From the human T2T-CHM13v2.0 reference genome, Homo sapiens: a stretch of 64,000 bases of DNA. The position numbers were made by a program, and so were the translations under genes. Under the pieces are notes generated by a model. The model made no database searches, had not been told where the DNA came from, and saw nothing but the letters and a program-made list of their open reading frames with translations. Positions 30,354 through 45,570 of this stretch are shown here, piece by piece; position 1 is the first letter of the stretch, and every line of letters begins with the position of its first letter. The stretch lies in NCBI RefSeq assembly GCF_009914755.1, contig NC_060927.1. The stretch is one strand, 5' to 3'.

Positions 30354-30471
30354 GAGCCCTGTGGTGCCCGGAGAGGTGGTGGCCATGGACAGACATTACT
30401 TCCAAAACACTGGAGCGTATGACTCTCTTATGTCGCTGCGAGGTGGTGAAAACCTCGAACTGTCTTTCAAG
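30354..30471 (+). CDS. GALNT15: GALNT15 exon 5 (SPVVPGEVVAMDRHYFQNTGAYDSLMSLRGGENLELSFK), Gal/GalNAc-T motif
   Basis: Acceptor cttctgtgtccag, donor CAAG|gtatgt. Contains GGENLELSF. Confidence 0.96.
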
Positions 30472-31798
30472 GTATGTCCTGGACCAAGGGAGGACAGAGG
30501 TGGGATCTCTGGAGTGGTGTGTATGGTCACAGCTCAGAGGCAGGCATTAGAAATGTCACTGGGAAGGAATGAGGCTGTGGGAAAATTATAAAGTCATTCC
30601 TGTGTTGTGTGTCAAACCTCCCATTTCTCACAGTTTCCCATCTCTCCTGTGCTGTAGCTTGGTTTCACTCTCAGTGCCTTCAAAACCTGCTTCCAGGAAT
30701 AGGCATACTCTCAGTTATTTTAACTGCTGTGCGGAGATTCCAGAGGCTCTCATACATTCTCTATTCACAGCGCTCTTAGCATCTTAGTAATTTTTTCACA
30801 GCACCCATAGTCCAAAACAAATACCTGAAGTTCTGTGTATTGAGTAGTTTGGTCCAAACAATGTAATACTTGTCATAAAAACTTAGCACCTGTTGGGCAC
30901 CACACAACTTCTCAAACCTTGGAGTCACCCTCATTTCCTGTCCCACATTGCTTTTCTAGCATGATACTTGCTTTTTCATCACAGTATCCTCCGAAAACCC
31001 AACACCAAAAAAAATTCATCATCAAAAGTGCAGAGATCTAATGCTGAAAGTGTGAATTACCTGACGCTTGTATTCTGCATGAAGTCCAACAGATGTCACC
31101 GTGTTTCTCTCAAAAATTTAACCCCAGACCCTATGAGTTTGCTGTGGCACCCTGGGGCACCTTGGCACATAATTTGGGAACTCCAGTTTTGGTGTTTCCA
31201 TTCATATGCTGCTTATCCTAGGACAGTACTTCTACTTTAACCTTTATCCTCAAATGTGGAATGAAAGTCTTCCTGCCGAATGAACTCCAGCCGTTTGGGA
31301 GTGGGAGAGCAGAGGGAAATTTCTTGAAATAGTAAAGACTGTGTCTCAGGAAAGCTTGCTTCTGTCTCTACCACAAACAGCTTCTGGTGTCTTTGTAGCA
31401 CACTTCACAAGCTTTGAGATATTCCCGGACCACTGAGATCATCTTTTTCCCTGAGGAAGTGTCCTTTGGGGAATAGGGGTGCTAATTCACATGCTACATC
31501 TCTCTAAGTGCTGGACCTGCATGTGTTTGAAGGGCAGCATATTCAGGTAGTTGCCTGGGGATGGCCCTCTTGTCCCCATTTTGGGACAACTACCTCTATT
31601 CTCTCCACCCTGTCACTCCCCTGCCCAGAACCTCCAAATCTGGAAACTCTACGCCACCCTGAGGACCATAATCATCTTCACCATTGAGTGCTCACGATTT
31701 CCTGTGCATTTTGCCAGCCCCTCATAGATAGGGCTCCCTATTTCCCGCCGTTCTTAAAGGTGGAATGCTGAGGTGTTTATCTTTTCCCTTCGTGGCAG

Positions 31799-31993
31799 GC
31801 CTGGCTCTGTGGTGGCTCTGTTGAAATCCTTCCCTGCTCTCGGGTAGGACACATCTACCAAAATCAGGATTCCCATTCCCCCCTCGACCAGGAGGCCACC
31901 CTGAGGAACAGGGTTCGCATTGCTGAGACCTGGCTGGGGTCATTCAAAGAAACCTTCTACAAGCATAGCCCAGAGGCCTTCTCCTTGAGCAAG
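31799..31993 (+). CDS. GALNT15: GALNT15 exon 6 (AWLCGGSVEILPCSRVGHIYQNQDSHSPLDQEATLRNRVRIAETWLGSFKETFYKHSPEAFSLSK)
   Basis: Acceptor cttttcccttcgtggcag, donor CAAG|gtaagg. Contains WxCGG and PCSRVGH. It has no start codon, so it is absent from the ORF track. Confidence 0.96.
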
Positions 31994-32403
31994 GTAAGGA
32001 GAGAGCCAAGTGGGGCTTCTGTGTCCAGCACAGGGCCACTAGCAGGAGGTGGGCCAGGGAGGGCTCCTTTCTCTTGCCTGGAGGGGAAAACAGAAGATTC
32101 TGGCTTGAGCTTCCCTCATGCTGCCCTATTTTAAGTGGCTCCTCCACCTGGTGAGGCTGTCCTTTGTCTCTCTGGCTTCTCCATGGGACAGCACAGCTGG
32201 CCTTGGCCTGAAGCTCCCTAACATCTATGGGATGACATCTATGGGATGGGATCCCTCACCTGGGGCCAGGGGAGGGGTTGGCACAGAGAAGCGATGAGAT
32301 GGGTCTCCAAGGCCAGGTCTCCTTTCATCCTGAGCAAAGGGCTCAGGGCTATGAAATGATCCAAGACATGAAACAAATATTAAATATAAAAATAGAGTCC
32401 AAA

Positions 32404-32738
<335 letters not shown>

Positions 32739-34861
32739 TTAAACATTTAAATGTCCACAAACAGCACATTATCAATTGGTCAGTGGCTGCTCAGCCCAGT
32801 CCTTCCAGATTGACCCATAAATGCTGTTTAATGTGGGAAATGGGTTCACATTAATGCTTGCTGTGCTGAAAGTGGGGGCTCCAAAGACAAGATTCCCAGG
32901 ACCCACAACAGTCCTGGAGCAGCTCCCACAAGCCCCTTAGCAGCCCACACTGCTGGGGTGTGAGTTAGATGTGAGTTTGCATGCCACAGATGAAGCCTAG
33001 GCCGCTTAAATGGAAGGACATGCCTGAGTGCAGGGCCAGCCTGACAGGGAAGCCCCATAGAGCAGCCCCAGAGCTTCCCCTTCTGCCCTGGTCCTCAGGG
33101 CGCTGCCTCCTCCCCATTCTAGATCCAATCCTTTCCCTAAGTGGGAATAGCCTCCAGGGCCTGGGATGTGTCAGGGCTCCATGAACTTCAAGGATCTTTG
33201 TTTCTTTAGCTGGGGAGAGTGTTAACAGTACACAGAGTCCTGGGACTCAACAGTAATTCCCAAGGTCTAGGCAGGCTACAGTCTCCTCTTGGACCCCGTC
33301 GGTTAGTCACACTATTAAACAGAGTGGCACTGGCTCCTTTCCTGGTGCAGGAGAAATGCTGCTAACAGCAGCCTCCTTCGTTCCTCCAGGAAGGCATTGG
33401 GATTGAAAGGAAAACTCTCACAAGGACCCAGCTCACTTACTAGCTAGCATCTTTGTTCTTCTTTAGTCTCCTTCTCCATCGCCATCTGTGGGAAGTGGAA
33501 GCATGTGTCCAACTCTAGACACCGATCTAGAAGCTGTATAGTCTGATGGTTAAGCCCATGGACTCCAAGAACAAGATGGTTTGGGTTTAAGTATTGGTTA
33601 TATGATCCGAAAGTTACTTAAACACTCAGTGTTTCTGCTTCCTCGTTTGTTAAGCTTTCCATCTGTTGTTAGGAAGAATAAATACGTTAATAAATCCAAA
33701 GCACTTTAGATGAGTGCCTGGCACTGAGTAAGCCCTGCTTGTGTGTTTACTATTAATACCATCATTATTGTCATGGCTACTAATGGTCAAAAAAGGTCAA
33801 CCAAGCACCTGCTCTGTGCCAGGCCCTGGGTGGGTCCTGCAGGGGACAGAGAACCATACCCAATGCTTATCAGGTTCTTGGTGGGGCAGGAGCTCCTCTG
33901 GAAGAGATAATGTTCACAGAGGTGAGAGTGATTCATCCTAGACAGGGTCATGACAGACATCTTTTCAGGGGAGGTCACATCTGAAGAATGGCTGAATGGG
34001 TTCAACTCAGACATCCAGAGGAGGAGTTGGGGGAAGACTCTGGAGCCCCTGAGGGTCAGGCTAAACAGTTTAGACTTTATTCAATTAGCAACAGGGAGCA
34101 ACTGGCCTTCTACAGAGTTCTGTAGAGGTCCACAGAGCTTCTCTGGTTTTTACTCTCTTGGGTTTCTTTTGGCCAAACCATCTATTTTTCTCTCTTGGGA
34201 TTTAGTATTAGCTCTTTGCTTTCAGAGGACATTTTCTTAACATTGGCACAGACTGCATTTGTAAAGAACTCTTAAAGAAGTGTTAAATGTTGCATAGTTT
34301 TTGATGCGCCAGACTAACTTTCCACCAGACAGGGTCATTAGGACATGGCATGTTGGCTGTGGCCAGCCTAATGCAACAGCATGCAAATTATTTACAGAAC
34401 TTCAACCTTCTTCCCACATTGGTTGGTGCAATTAGAAGTGCCTGTGAATATATACTTTGTTCTAGACAATTACAGAAATTGGGGACTGGCATGATTTTTT
34501 AGAGCATGACTGGTCTGCTTTTGGGAAAATCCAGTTTGCTTGTCCAGATGGTGATTGCAGGATTTTTTAAGTGCTTGTTTGTATTCACCCAAGTCCTTCA
34601 TTCTATAAAACAGAAAACTGAGGTCCCATGAGAGGGTGAGTTGCTAAAGAGAAGTGGGGAAAGAACCAGAAGTAGAACTAGAACTAGTCCAACCTTTTAG
34701 TATTTTTTCTCTCTTAGCTCTCTAACATCGAAACAGTAATCCTCAAATGTAGACACCATACTTTTCCAGAAATAGTTGGACGTCCATAAATAAGCTATCC
34801 TCTACAGTTCTGTCTGAATTTGGGGGAAGGCAAGGATGTATTTGGTATATCGAAGGTGCTC

Positions 34862-35206
<345 letters not shown>

Positions 35207-35373
35207 TTACAAGCTCAAAAAGGGCAGGAAGAGTATTTATTCTGCTGACCTTTAAATCTCCAATGCCTGGTTGAATCCCATGCACATAGTAGGTGTTCCA
35301 TAAACATTTATTGGTGGAATGGAATGGATGGATGGCAAAAAAATTTTTAAACCTGAGATCAACCTTTGGCTCT

Positions 35374-36319
35374 TGTTATCAGTGGTGAATCTATATGGTT
35401 CTGCAGCAACCTCAATTATTGCCTTCTCAGAAGAAAGAATTCAACTGAGGGGCATAAGGCAGAGTGAGGGACCAAAGCAAGTTTTAAAGCAGGAGTGAAA
35501 GTTTATTAAAAAGTCTACCAGGAGCTCAAGACCAGCCTGGGCAACATGGTGAAACCTTGTGTCTACAAAAAACTACAAAAATTAGCTGGGCGTGGTGGTG
35601 TGCACCTGTAGTGCCAGCTACTCGGGAGGCTGAGGTGGAAGGATGGCTTGAGCTAGGGAGGTGGAGTTTGTAGTGAGCTGATATCGCCCCACTGCACTTT
35701 AGCCTGCGAGCCAGAGCAAGACTCTGTCTCGGGAAAAAAAAAAAAAAAGTTTAGGGCAGAAATGAAAGTAAGTAAAGTACATTTGGAACAGGGCCAAGTG
35801 GGGGACTTGAGCGATCAATCAAGTGCGCAGTTTGATTTTTCACTTGGGGTCTTATACATTGGCATGCTTCTGGGGGCTTGTGTCCCTTTTTCCCTGATTC
35901 TTCCCCTGGCGGGGGCTGTTCACACGTGCAGTGGCCTGTTAGCCCTTGGGAGGGGAGCATGCGCAGTGTGTTTACTGAAATTTTTCGCATGCTCACGTGA
36001 GGCGTTACCAGTTGCGCATTCCCGGAGGAAGGTCATGTACCAGTTAAACGCCACCGTTTTGCCTCTTAGTGCACATGCTTGAGCCCACTTGCCCAACTCC
36101 TGAGATCATATCGGGAAGCTGATCACCAATTTCAGGTTTTTCTATCTGTTGGGAGACTGCCGTTCCCTGGTGCCAGCTGCAACTAATTATTATTTTAGAG
36201 AGACAGTTAACAGCTGCCTAACCAACACCTGATGGTGGCCTGACATCCCTGGAGGTTGGGGGGGTCGGGGAAAATCCTCTCCTGCCCTGCTTATGTCTGA
36301 CTAGCTACCTAATAAAACA
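35374..36319 (-). mobile_element. ERV1 solo LTR, MER50-like, interrupted by a 5'-truncated AluJ (about 35517-35748, +)
   Basis: TG...CA termini (tgttatcagtggtgaat ... ctacctaataaaaca). 4-bp TSD CTCT at 35370-35373 and 36320-36323. Internal sequence resembles the MER50 consensus as I recall it. Confidence 0.75.
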
Positions 36320-37214
36320 CTCTGACCTCTTAGAAGCTATTGACCCTGTGAAAGTCATTTAACCTCTAAGAACTCAATAACTGTTGTGAGTATACTATAA
36401 AATGAAATGTGAAAGAGTGCTATGGAGAATAAGTGCTCGGCTTACTTTCATAAAGTCTACAGGTGAGGTACCTTTTTCTTCTTATATCCATTTGGGTGTC
36501 CATTCTCTGATTCACAGATGTCCACTTTGTTCATTTGATGACTTTTGCAAGGAGAATGGCACCCTTATTGGTCAGTGAGAAGAGCTTTAGCAGAGGGCTC
36601 CTTTTATTTCTCTCTCTTTTGAGCATTTCCATTAATTCATGCTTTGGAAATGTCCTATCACTTACTTTGATTTCAAGGTTTCAGTGACATTCCTACTTCC
36701 CTGAAGGTATTTGATAGCATGAATTTACTTTAAATTTAAATAACCAAAAGTTAATTTTGCCCTAAAGATTTCTATTTCTCCATCCACCCCAAAACCCCCA
36801 CAAGGATTCTGAGAGACAGAAATCCTGGGCACCCAAAAGACAAGGCCAGACTTTTGCTGCTTGGGGAGCTGAAATTTCCTTGTTTTCTCTTCTCTCAGAC
36901 ATAATTGTACAGAAGGGAAAGTTCATTGTCAGCCTGCCCCTCACTCAAGGTCAAACAAAGATTGGGTAGATTTGTCAGTTTATCTCTTTATCAAGGAAAG
37001 TAAAGGTGATAAAACTCATATGAAGAAATGTTTCTGTTTTGGTAGCAAAGTCCAACTCTGGGAAAGGTCTACGGAGGTCTCAAATAAACACAAAGAATGC
37101 CAAGAAGCCATCAAGAAACTTATACTAATTTACTTAGAGGAAAAAGTAATAGATCCCCTTGGTTTCATGGTGGGTAAATACACTGAATAAACAAGAAATC
37201 CCTGACTTAGAGAA

Positions 37215-37395
37215 GTTTTTCTCAAACTTTGTGTGAAAAAGACTCACCAGGAGACATGGTTAAAATGCAGATTCCAGGGCCTCCAACCCAAACAACTGTA
37301 TCATCTCTGGGGCAGGGCCCAGGAATCTACATTTTTAACTAGCTCCGTGGCATTTCTCAGGCAGATGCTCAGGGAATCACACTTTGAGAAGTGTC
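37215..37395. mobile_element. MER5-family fossil
   Basis: ttctcaaacttt...ttaaaatgcagattccagggcc...cacactttgagaa. Confidence 0.7.
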
Positions 37396-38044
37396 TAGAG
37401 AGAATTTCAGTACAACAGACTTACCACATTTCCAGCTGAGGTCTAAAAGAGAGAGGGAAAGCAGAACCAAACCAATCATACTTTACACAGCCTGGTGGAC
37501 CCGTGTCTTACTGTCAGATTGGAGGCCACCAAGTGGGAACTCTGACATGGCCAGCTCGCTTCCTCTCCCCATGCCAGGAAAGGGTTCTCTCTTTTTTTGT
37601 CTGTGGTCATTCCAACCCATCCTTGTCACCACTCTCTTCCCTAAAAGTATCCAAGATTTGGTACTAAACTTTTGGATACAGTTCTTTGTATCATCAATAT
37701 GGCCAAAAACATTAATTTGTACTAGTGTTCAGGATTTGCCTTCATCTCCATCCTAGGACAATTGTATCATAAAGGAGAATCTCAAAAAAAGGAGATAGTG
37801 TAGCCCAAAAGAATGATTCATTAATGGTACCCAGAGGTGAAGAAAGATAAATTTGCCTTGCCCCAACCCCTAGCCCACGATTTCCCAGCCAACTTCATCT
37901 CAATTGCCTATGGGTCAGTTCCTGACTCCATGAGGCCCATCGTAGTTTCTCCTTACACCAACCTAGGTGCAAAGCCCCACCATTTTGTCAGCTTCTGCAG
38001 AAAACTCATTAAAGCACAGATATCATAGACTCTCTCTCTCTCTC

Positions 38045-38481
<437 letters not shown>

Positions 38482-38635
38482 TGACCCTCCCCACTGCAGC
38501 CCTGGAGAACTGTGGTCTTGGCCCCTTCCTTCTGTCCTGATCCTTTAGCTTCTTCCCAGCCACTCCATCCCCAACCATGTGAATTCTGGGCAAGACAAGC
38601 TTTCATCATCCTGCTTGTGTCTTTCTCCTCCCCAG

Positions 38636-38767
38636 GCTGAGAAGCCAGACTGCATGGAACGCTTGCAGCTGCAAAGGAGACTGGGTTGTCGGACATTCCA
38701 CTGGTTTCTGGCTAATGTCTACCCTGAGCTGTACCCATCTGAACCCAGGCCCAGTTTCTCTGGAAAG
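38636..38767 (+). CDS. GALNT15: GALNT15 exon 7 (AEKPDCMERLQLQRRLGCRTFHWFLANVYPELYPSEPRPSFSGK), end of catalytic domain plus linker; GC donor
   Basis: Acceptor ctttctcctccccag. Contains the LxCxxFxWFLxNVYPEL motif. The in-frame join to exon 8 uses AAG|gcaagg. Confidence 0.92.
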
Positions 38768-39142
38768 GCAAGGCATGACCCAGGGAAGATGGGGAGGGAC
38801 AGGGAAGCTTCCCAAGACAAGAACTAGATGTTCAGCTCTTCCATGTCCCTGGTCAACCATTCACAGTTTAGCAGGGCCTCAGAGGCCTTGGGTCCATCCC
38901 GTGCCTCCATGCCAGTCTGAGGAAGGTGGCTGAGTTTTGCCCCATTACCCACCCCAAAGCACCTCCTTCAAGAGGCCTGTCCCTTAGGGTCAGTGGCTTC
39001 AGCTTTACCACACCTGTTGTTGTGGCCTGAACAATGTGCCTTGGGCTGCACTCCAGAGAATACAGCAAAGGAATGGTGTCTGACCGAGGGTGTCTTTACA
39101 GTGGAATCTGGAATTCACTCCTGTGTGTGTGTCCACTTTCAG

Positions 39143-39247
39143 CTCCACAACACTGGACTTGGGCTCTGTGCAGACTGCCAGGCAGAAGGGGACATCCTGG
39201 GCTGTCCCATGGTGTTGGCTCCTTGCAGTGACAGCCGGCAGCAACAG
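39143..39247 (+). CDS. GALNT15: GALNT15 exon 8 (LHNTGLGLCADCQAEGDILGCPMVLAPCSDSRQQQ), lectin alpha repeat
   Basis: Acceptor tccactttcag, donor ACAG|gtgggt. Phase 0-0. Confidence 0.94.
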
Positions 39248-41846
39248 GTGGGTAGTCAGACTTCTCAGGATGGATGATAGCCCAAGAAGACTTGAAAGTG
39301 GGCGATATTTTTCTGGGATGCCCCATACTTCCCTTTGAGGTATCTTCTTTCTGTGGTCCCATGTCCCTTGACTGCCATGGTCCCCCACTGTAATGACTCA
39401 TCACAGCTCTCCTCACCTCACCTCCATCTGTAAGCACAGACATGTGCCATTGTCAGAAAATAAAAGCATCTTAGTTAAAGGGAAATGGAGAAGCCGTTTG
39501 GCCAAACTTTTCATTTGACAGATGAGAAAACTGAGGCTTAGGGTCACTAGCCCAGGGATTGCAAACTCAGAAGCCTCCAGGATTCAGGCAGGGTTCAATT
39601 GTCCCAGGACTGAAGAAGAAGGTAATCAAATCAGGATAAGGATCTAGAGAAAACAGGGTCATCCCAGCCTCCAGCACCATTTGGTCATTAGGAAGGTCTC
39701 CTCATATCTTAGGAGTAATTCTTCTCTTCAAAATTTTCATCATGGAGTAACTGCCCAAAGTGGTAGAAATCCTCCACCGATGCTAGCTGAGGGCTGGTAG
39801 GTCCACTTCTTTTCACAACTGGATCACAACCTAGAAAGCCTAGCTTGTCCCCAAGTCTCTCTCTTTTCAGGGTGTGATAGGGACTTTTAAGTTATCACAT
39901 CCCAAAGGCCCCTAATAAAACAAACATCAAAGTATAATTTCCTGGAGATATTCACTGGATGAGAATCAAAGATCTGGGGGGCAAAAGACAGCATCTCTCT
40001 GAGGGTCTGTGGTCCAGCCCTGCATGGAAGGCTGGCTGAGGCTGGGCTTGGCAGTGCAGGCCCTGGGTTCCTGGGGGCAGCCTGTGGGCCTATAGGACAT
40101 GTGGGAGGGAGATGCTCAGGATCCATCCGGCCTCCTTTGGCTCTGCCCTTTACCAATCTCCTAGGACATACTGATAGGCATTCACACCTGGCACAAGGGA
40201 TGCAGACATAAACATCAAGTGCTAAGTGAAGAAGCCACATGGTAGGGTGAAAATTGTTCAAGCTTTGCAGTCAGACATAGCTCGGTTTGAATCTGAGCTC
40301 TCTCATTTTCTAGCTGTGTGATCTTGGCAGGCTTCTTTAAATCCTGGTTTCCTCTCCTGCAATTAAGAATAATGCAGCCTCTACAGAGATTATTCTGGGT
40401 TTGAAAAAGAAGAATAAAAAAAAAATAAAGAAACAAAAGAACAATACAGCCTCCTTCATGCAAAAGGAATATTAGCTCTTTCTTGTTCTTTTTTTTTTTT
40501 TTTGAAATAGTAAGGACTTTAGGATCCTGCAATATTGTAAACTAGAAAAGTTGAAAGCCTTTCCCTATAAACACCTAGATAAGATATGCCAGATAAAAAA
40601 ATATGAAACACCCTTTTTCATGAATAAACGAGTTTATAAGAAAGAAAGGGAAACCTCCAGGGGTCAAAAAACAAGAGGCAACTGAAAGTAGAGGAATTGG
40701 ACATGGGCGAAGCTGCCCTACCAAGTGTGAGGGATGGTTACTATGAGCCCCGGGAATCTACAGCTGTTGGCTCCATGCAAGGGATAAGTGACGAGAGCCC
40801 ACCTTCAGCCCATGAGAGATGAAAAGTCAGAAATGACACCCCCATAGCAAGCCAGCTTTGACCTTCAAAGGGTAACCTGTCCTTGAAAAGTTTGACTAGA
40901 AATACCCACCCCCTGCCACAGGAAAATGGTAAGAAGCTTGTCCCTACAGGGGCTTTGAGTAGGAAACAAATTATTCTCCCCTGAGAATTTTTAACCACAA
41001 GCTTGCATCTAATATGGGCTTAGGTTCACATGTGTACTAATTGTGTAGCTTGGGAATCCTCAAGCAGGACAGGTTATCTAATTGCAGGGCCCAGTGCAAG
41101 ATGACAATGTAGTCTTTAATTTGACAATTATTAAGAATTTCAAGACAGTGACAGCAGAGCATTAAATCAAGTTTATTAAACCCATCTAAGCATGAGGCCC
41201 CATGTGACTGCACAGGTCACATACCCATGAAGTTGATCCTGTCTGTAAGCCACAAAATTAATGTAGAAATGGGTTCAGGCTGCATCTGACAGAAACAAAC
41301 AGAAAATAGTCTTTCCAGGACATGACTTCTAATTAATCCTCACAAGATCCTCACAGTTAAAGCCCCTCTCAAAGGTGTGCACAATCCAACACTACAAAAC
41401 ACTAGAGGAAACAATAACCATGAGTGAGAGCCAGCAGATACAACAAACGGCAGGAAAGTTAGTTTCAGGAGCAGGTTAGGGCTCTCCAGAAAGACATCAA
41501 CCTGGGCTTCAGAGAGGTTCCTCATCTGTGCTTTCAACAGTATAGTAACAAAACACACAGCACTTTTTATGGCCTCACCTATGATACGGTAAATAAAGTA
41601 ACAGAGAAACATGCCAGAATGTATAAATATGAATGTAAGAGCAGCTGGAATGTGGGGACTTCAGAGGCTATGACTAGTCTAGCAGCATGTTTTTGGACTT
41701 GACCATGAGATATGGTCTTTCTGACCCCGATAGAATCTGAAGATTGCCCCTAGACCTCAGCACTATAGTGGGTTCTTCTTACCTCCTCTACAGCTTTGAA
41801 GAGGATCTCTTTCTAGCTGCGCTAACAACTATTGCTTCTGTCACAG

Positions 41847-41990
41847 TACCTGCAGCACACCAGCAGGAAGGAGATTCACTTTGGCAGCCCACAGCACCTG
41901 TGCTTTGCTGTCAGGCAGGAGCAGGTGATTCTTCAGAACTGCACGGAGGAAGGCCTGGCCATCCACCAGCAGCACTGGGACTTCCAGGAG
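41847..41990 (+). CDS. GALNT15: GALNT15 exon 9 (YLQHTSRKEIHFGSPQHLCFAVRQEQVILQNCTEEGLAIHQQHWDFQE), lectin beta repeat
   Basis: Branch-like gctaac at 41821, acceptor ttctgtcacag, donor GGAG|gtgagt. Contains the QxW motif QHW. Confidence 0.95.
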
Positions 41991-42925
41991 GTGAGTAATC
42001 TGTTCAGGAAGAGCCTGGTAGTGCTGCTGGTCAGAAGGAACTGCTGGTTGGCATTGGATCCTGGGCTCTTCCAAGAGGTCAGGTATTAGGGACCTCTGCC
42101 TCTGCTTTTGAACTTAGTGGCTGGGCAGTAAGGCCTCAGGGGGAGGAAAAGGCAACCCAGCAGCAAAGTTGGCCCACTGGCATCTTCATATGTAATGATT
42201 TGCCAGGTCTCTGTGTAGCTCTGATGCTTGTCATTGCAGAGAGAGGGATACACCTCTTTTTGAAGTTTATTGGCTCAGTTCACAAGTAGGATGGTGAGGC
42301 ATGTTACAAGGAACGTTCAGCCACCTTGGTGGTGTGGTTTTAGGAGCAATTCAAAGTCCCTCCCCCCACCAAGAAACTTTAGATACAGATGTAGATGTAA
42401 ATATATAGATATATAGATATCACTTTCTTCCTTTCAATGCAAATTGCACTGTAAGTATTTCATCATTTTAGTAAAATTTTGACCCCTATTACCCTGGGGG
42501 AAAGAAACTATAGATCCTTCCCAGAAGTTAGGGAGGGAATAGGAGGAATGTCCGTACTTAAGGAGAGTGGGCAGGTCCTATATACAGAATCGGGATCGGA
42601 AGATGACAGTATCAACACTGTGTCCATACACAGCTTTTTCTCTACTTCAAATTCTTCCTGAAATGAGTTGGGGTATTAACATACAAAGAAATAAATACAC
42701 ACCTTTTAAAAATTTCTTCAACTTCTGCTGGGGAATAAAAAGGATAAAATGACTAAGCAGAATCCTGTGCATTGGTACTCTTAAAGCAGGCTGTGAAAGA
42801 AGAAAATCGTATGATAGAAAACTTAAGCTAAGCTCACAATAAGCACTTGAGAACAGAGCATTTGGGGCTTTGGTGACCAACTGAAGGCAGGACTCAAGGG
42901 GCCCACACATGCTCAAAGAAGTCTT

Positions 42926-43223
42926 TTTTTTTTTTTTTTTTGGGACAGTGTCTCACTCTGTTACCCAGGTTGGAGTGCAGTGGTGCTATCTTGGCTAACT
43001 GCAGCCTCTGCCTCCCAGGTTCAAGCGATTCTTGTGCCTCAGCCTGCTGAATAGCTAGGATTGCAGGTGTGAGCCACTGCGCCTGGCTACTTTTTGTATT
43101 TTTTAGTAGAGACAGGGTTTTGCCATGTTGGCCAAGTTGGTCTCAAACTCCTGACCTCGGGTGATCCACCCACTCGGCCTCACAAATTGCCGGGATTACA
43201 GTTGTCAGCCACCATGTCTGGCC
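42926..43223 (-). mobile_element. AluS element (antisense)
   Basis: TSD tcaaagaagtctt. Confidence 0.93.
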
Positions 43224-43848
43224 TCAAAGAAGTCTTATGAGTCAAGTTAAGGTCCTTTATAAATGATCATAAAGTATTTTTCTAAGCAAGTCCTATGAAT
43301 AAGATATACTTTAGAAACAGCATTTAAAAATAATAAGTAAAATAAGTAATAATGAGTAAAAGATTAGGGAGTAAGATACACCCAGCATATTTCAGGCATT
43401 AATAAATAACTTCTAAAAGTTATTATCATTCAGCCAGAAAAAGGAATGAGGTACTATTCATAGTGGCACTGTTGACAATAGCCAAGAAGCGAAAGCAACC
43501 CAGGTGTCCACCATGGATGAAGAGATAACAAAATGTGGCATACACATATTATTCAGCCTTAAAAAGGAAGAAAATCCCATCACCTGCTACAACATGGGCA
43601 TATCTTGAGGACATTATGCTGGTGAAATAAACCCATCACAAAAGGACAAAAACTGTATGATTCCACTTTTATGAGATATCTAAAGTAGTCAAATTAATAG
43701 AAACAGAAAGTAAAATAGTGGTTACCAGAGGCAGGCAGAGGAGGAGAAAAAGGGAATTTGTTTATTAATGGTTATAGAGTTTCACTTTTACAAGATGAAA
43801 AAGTTCTGGATATCTGTTTCATAACAATGTGAATATATTTAACACTAT

Positions 43849-44561
<713 letters not shown>

Positions 44562-44642
44562 ACTACTAAACTTTACACTTAAAAATGCCTAAGATTGTAA
44601 AAGTTTTGCTATGTGTTTTTATCACAATTTTTTAAAAAAAGA

Positions 44643-45293
<651 letters not shown>

Positions 45294-45570
45294 TTACACA
45301 AAGTGAAAGAAGCCAGTTTCAAAAGGCCACATTTATATAGTTCCATTTATACAAAATGTCCAGAATAGGAAAATCCATAAATATAGAAAGTAGATTAATG
45401 ATTAGTTTCTGGGAGGAGGGAGGAATGGGGAGTGACTGCTGATGGACAGTGGGTTTCTTTTTACGTAATGAAAATATTCTGGAAGTAGGTAGGAGTGAAG
45501 GTTGCACAACTTTGTGAATATACTAAAAACCACCAACTTGTGTACTTTAAAGGGGTAGTATTATGATCTC

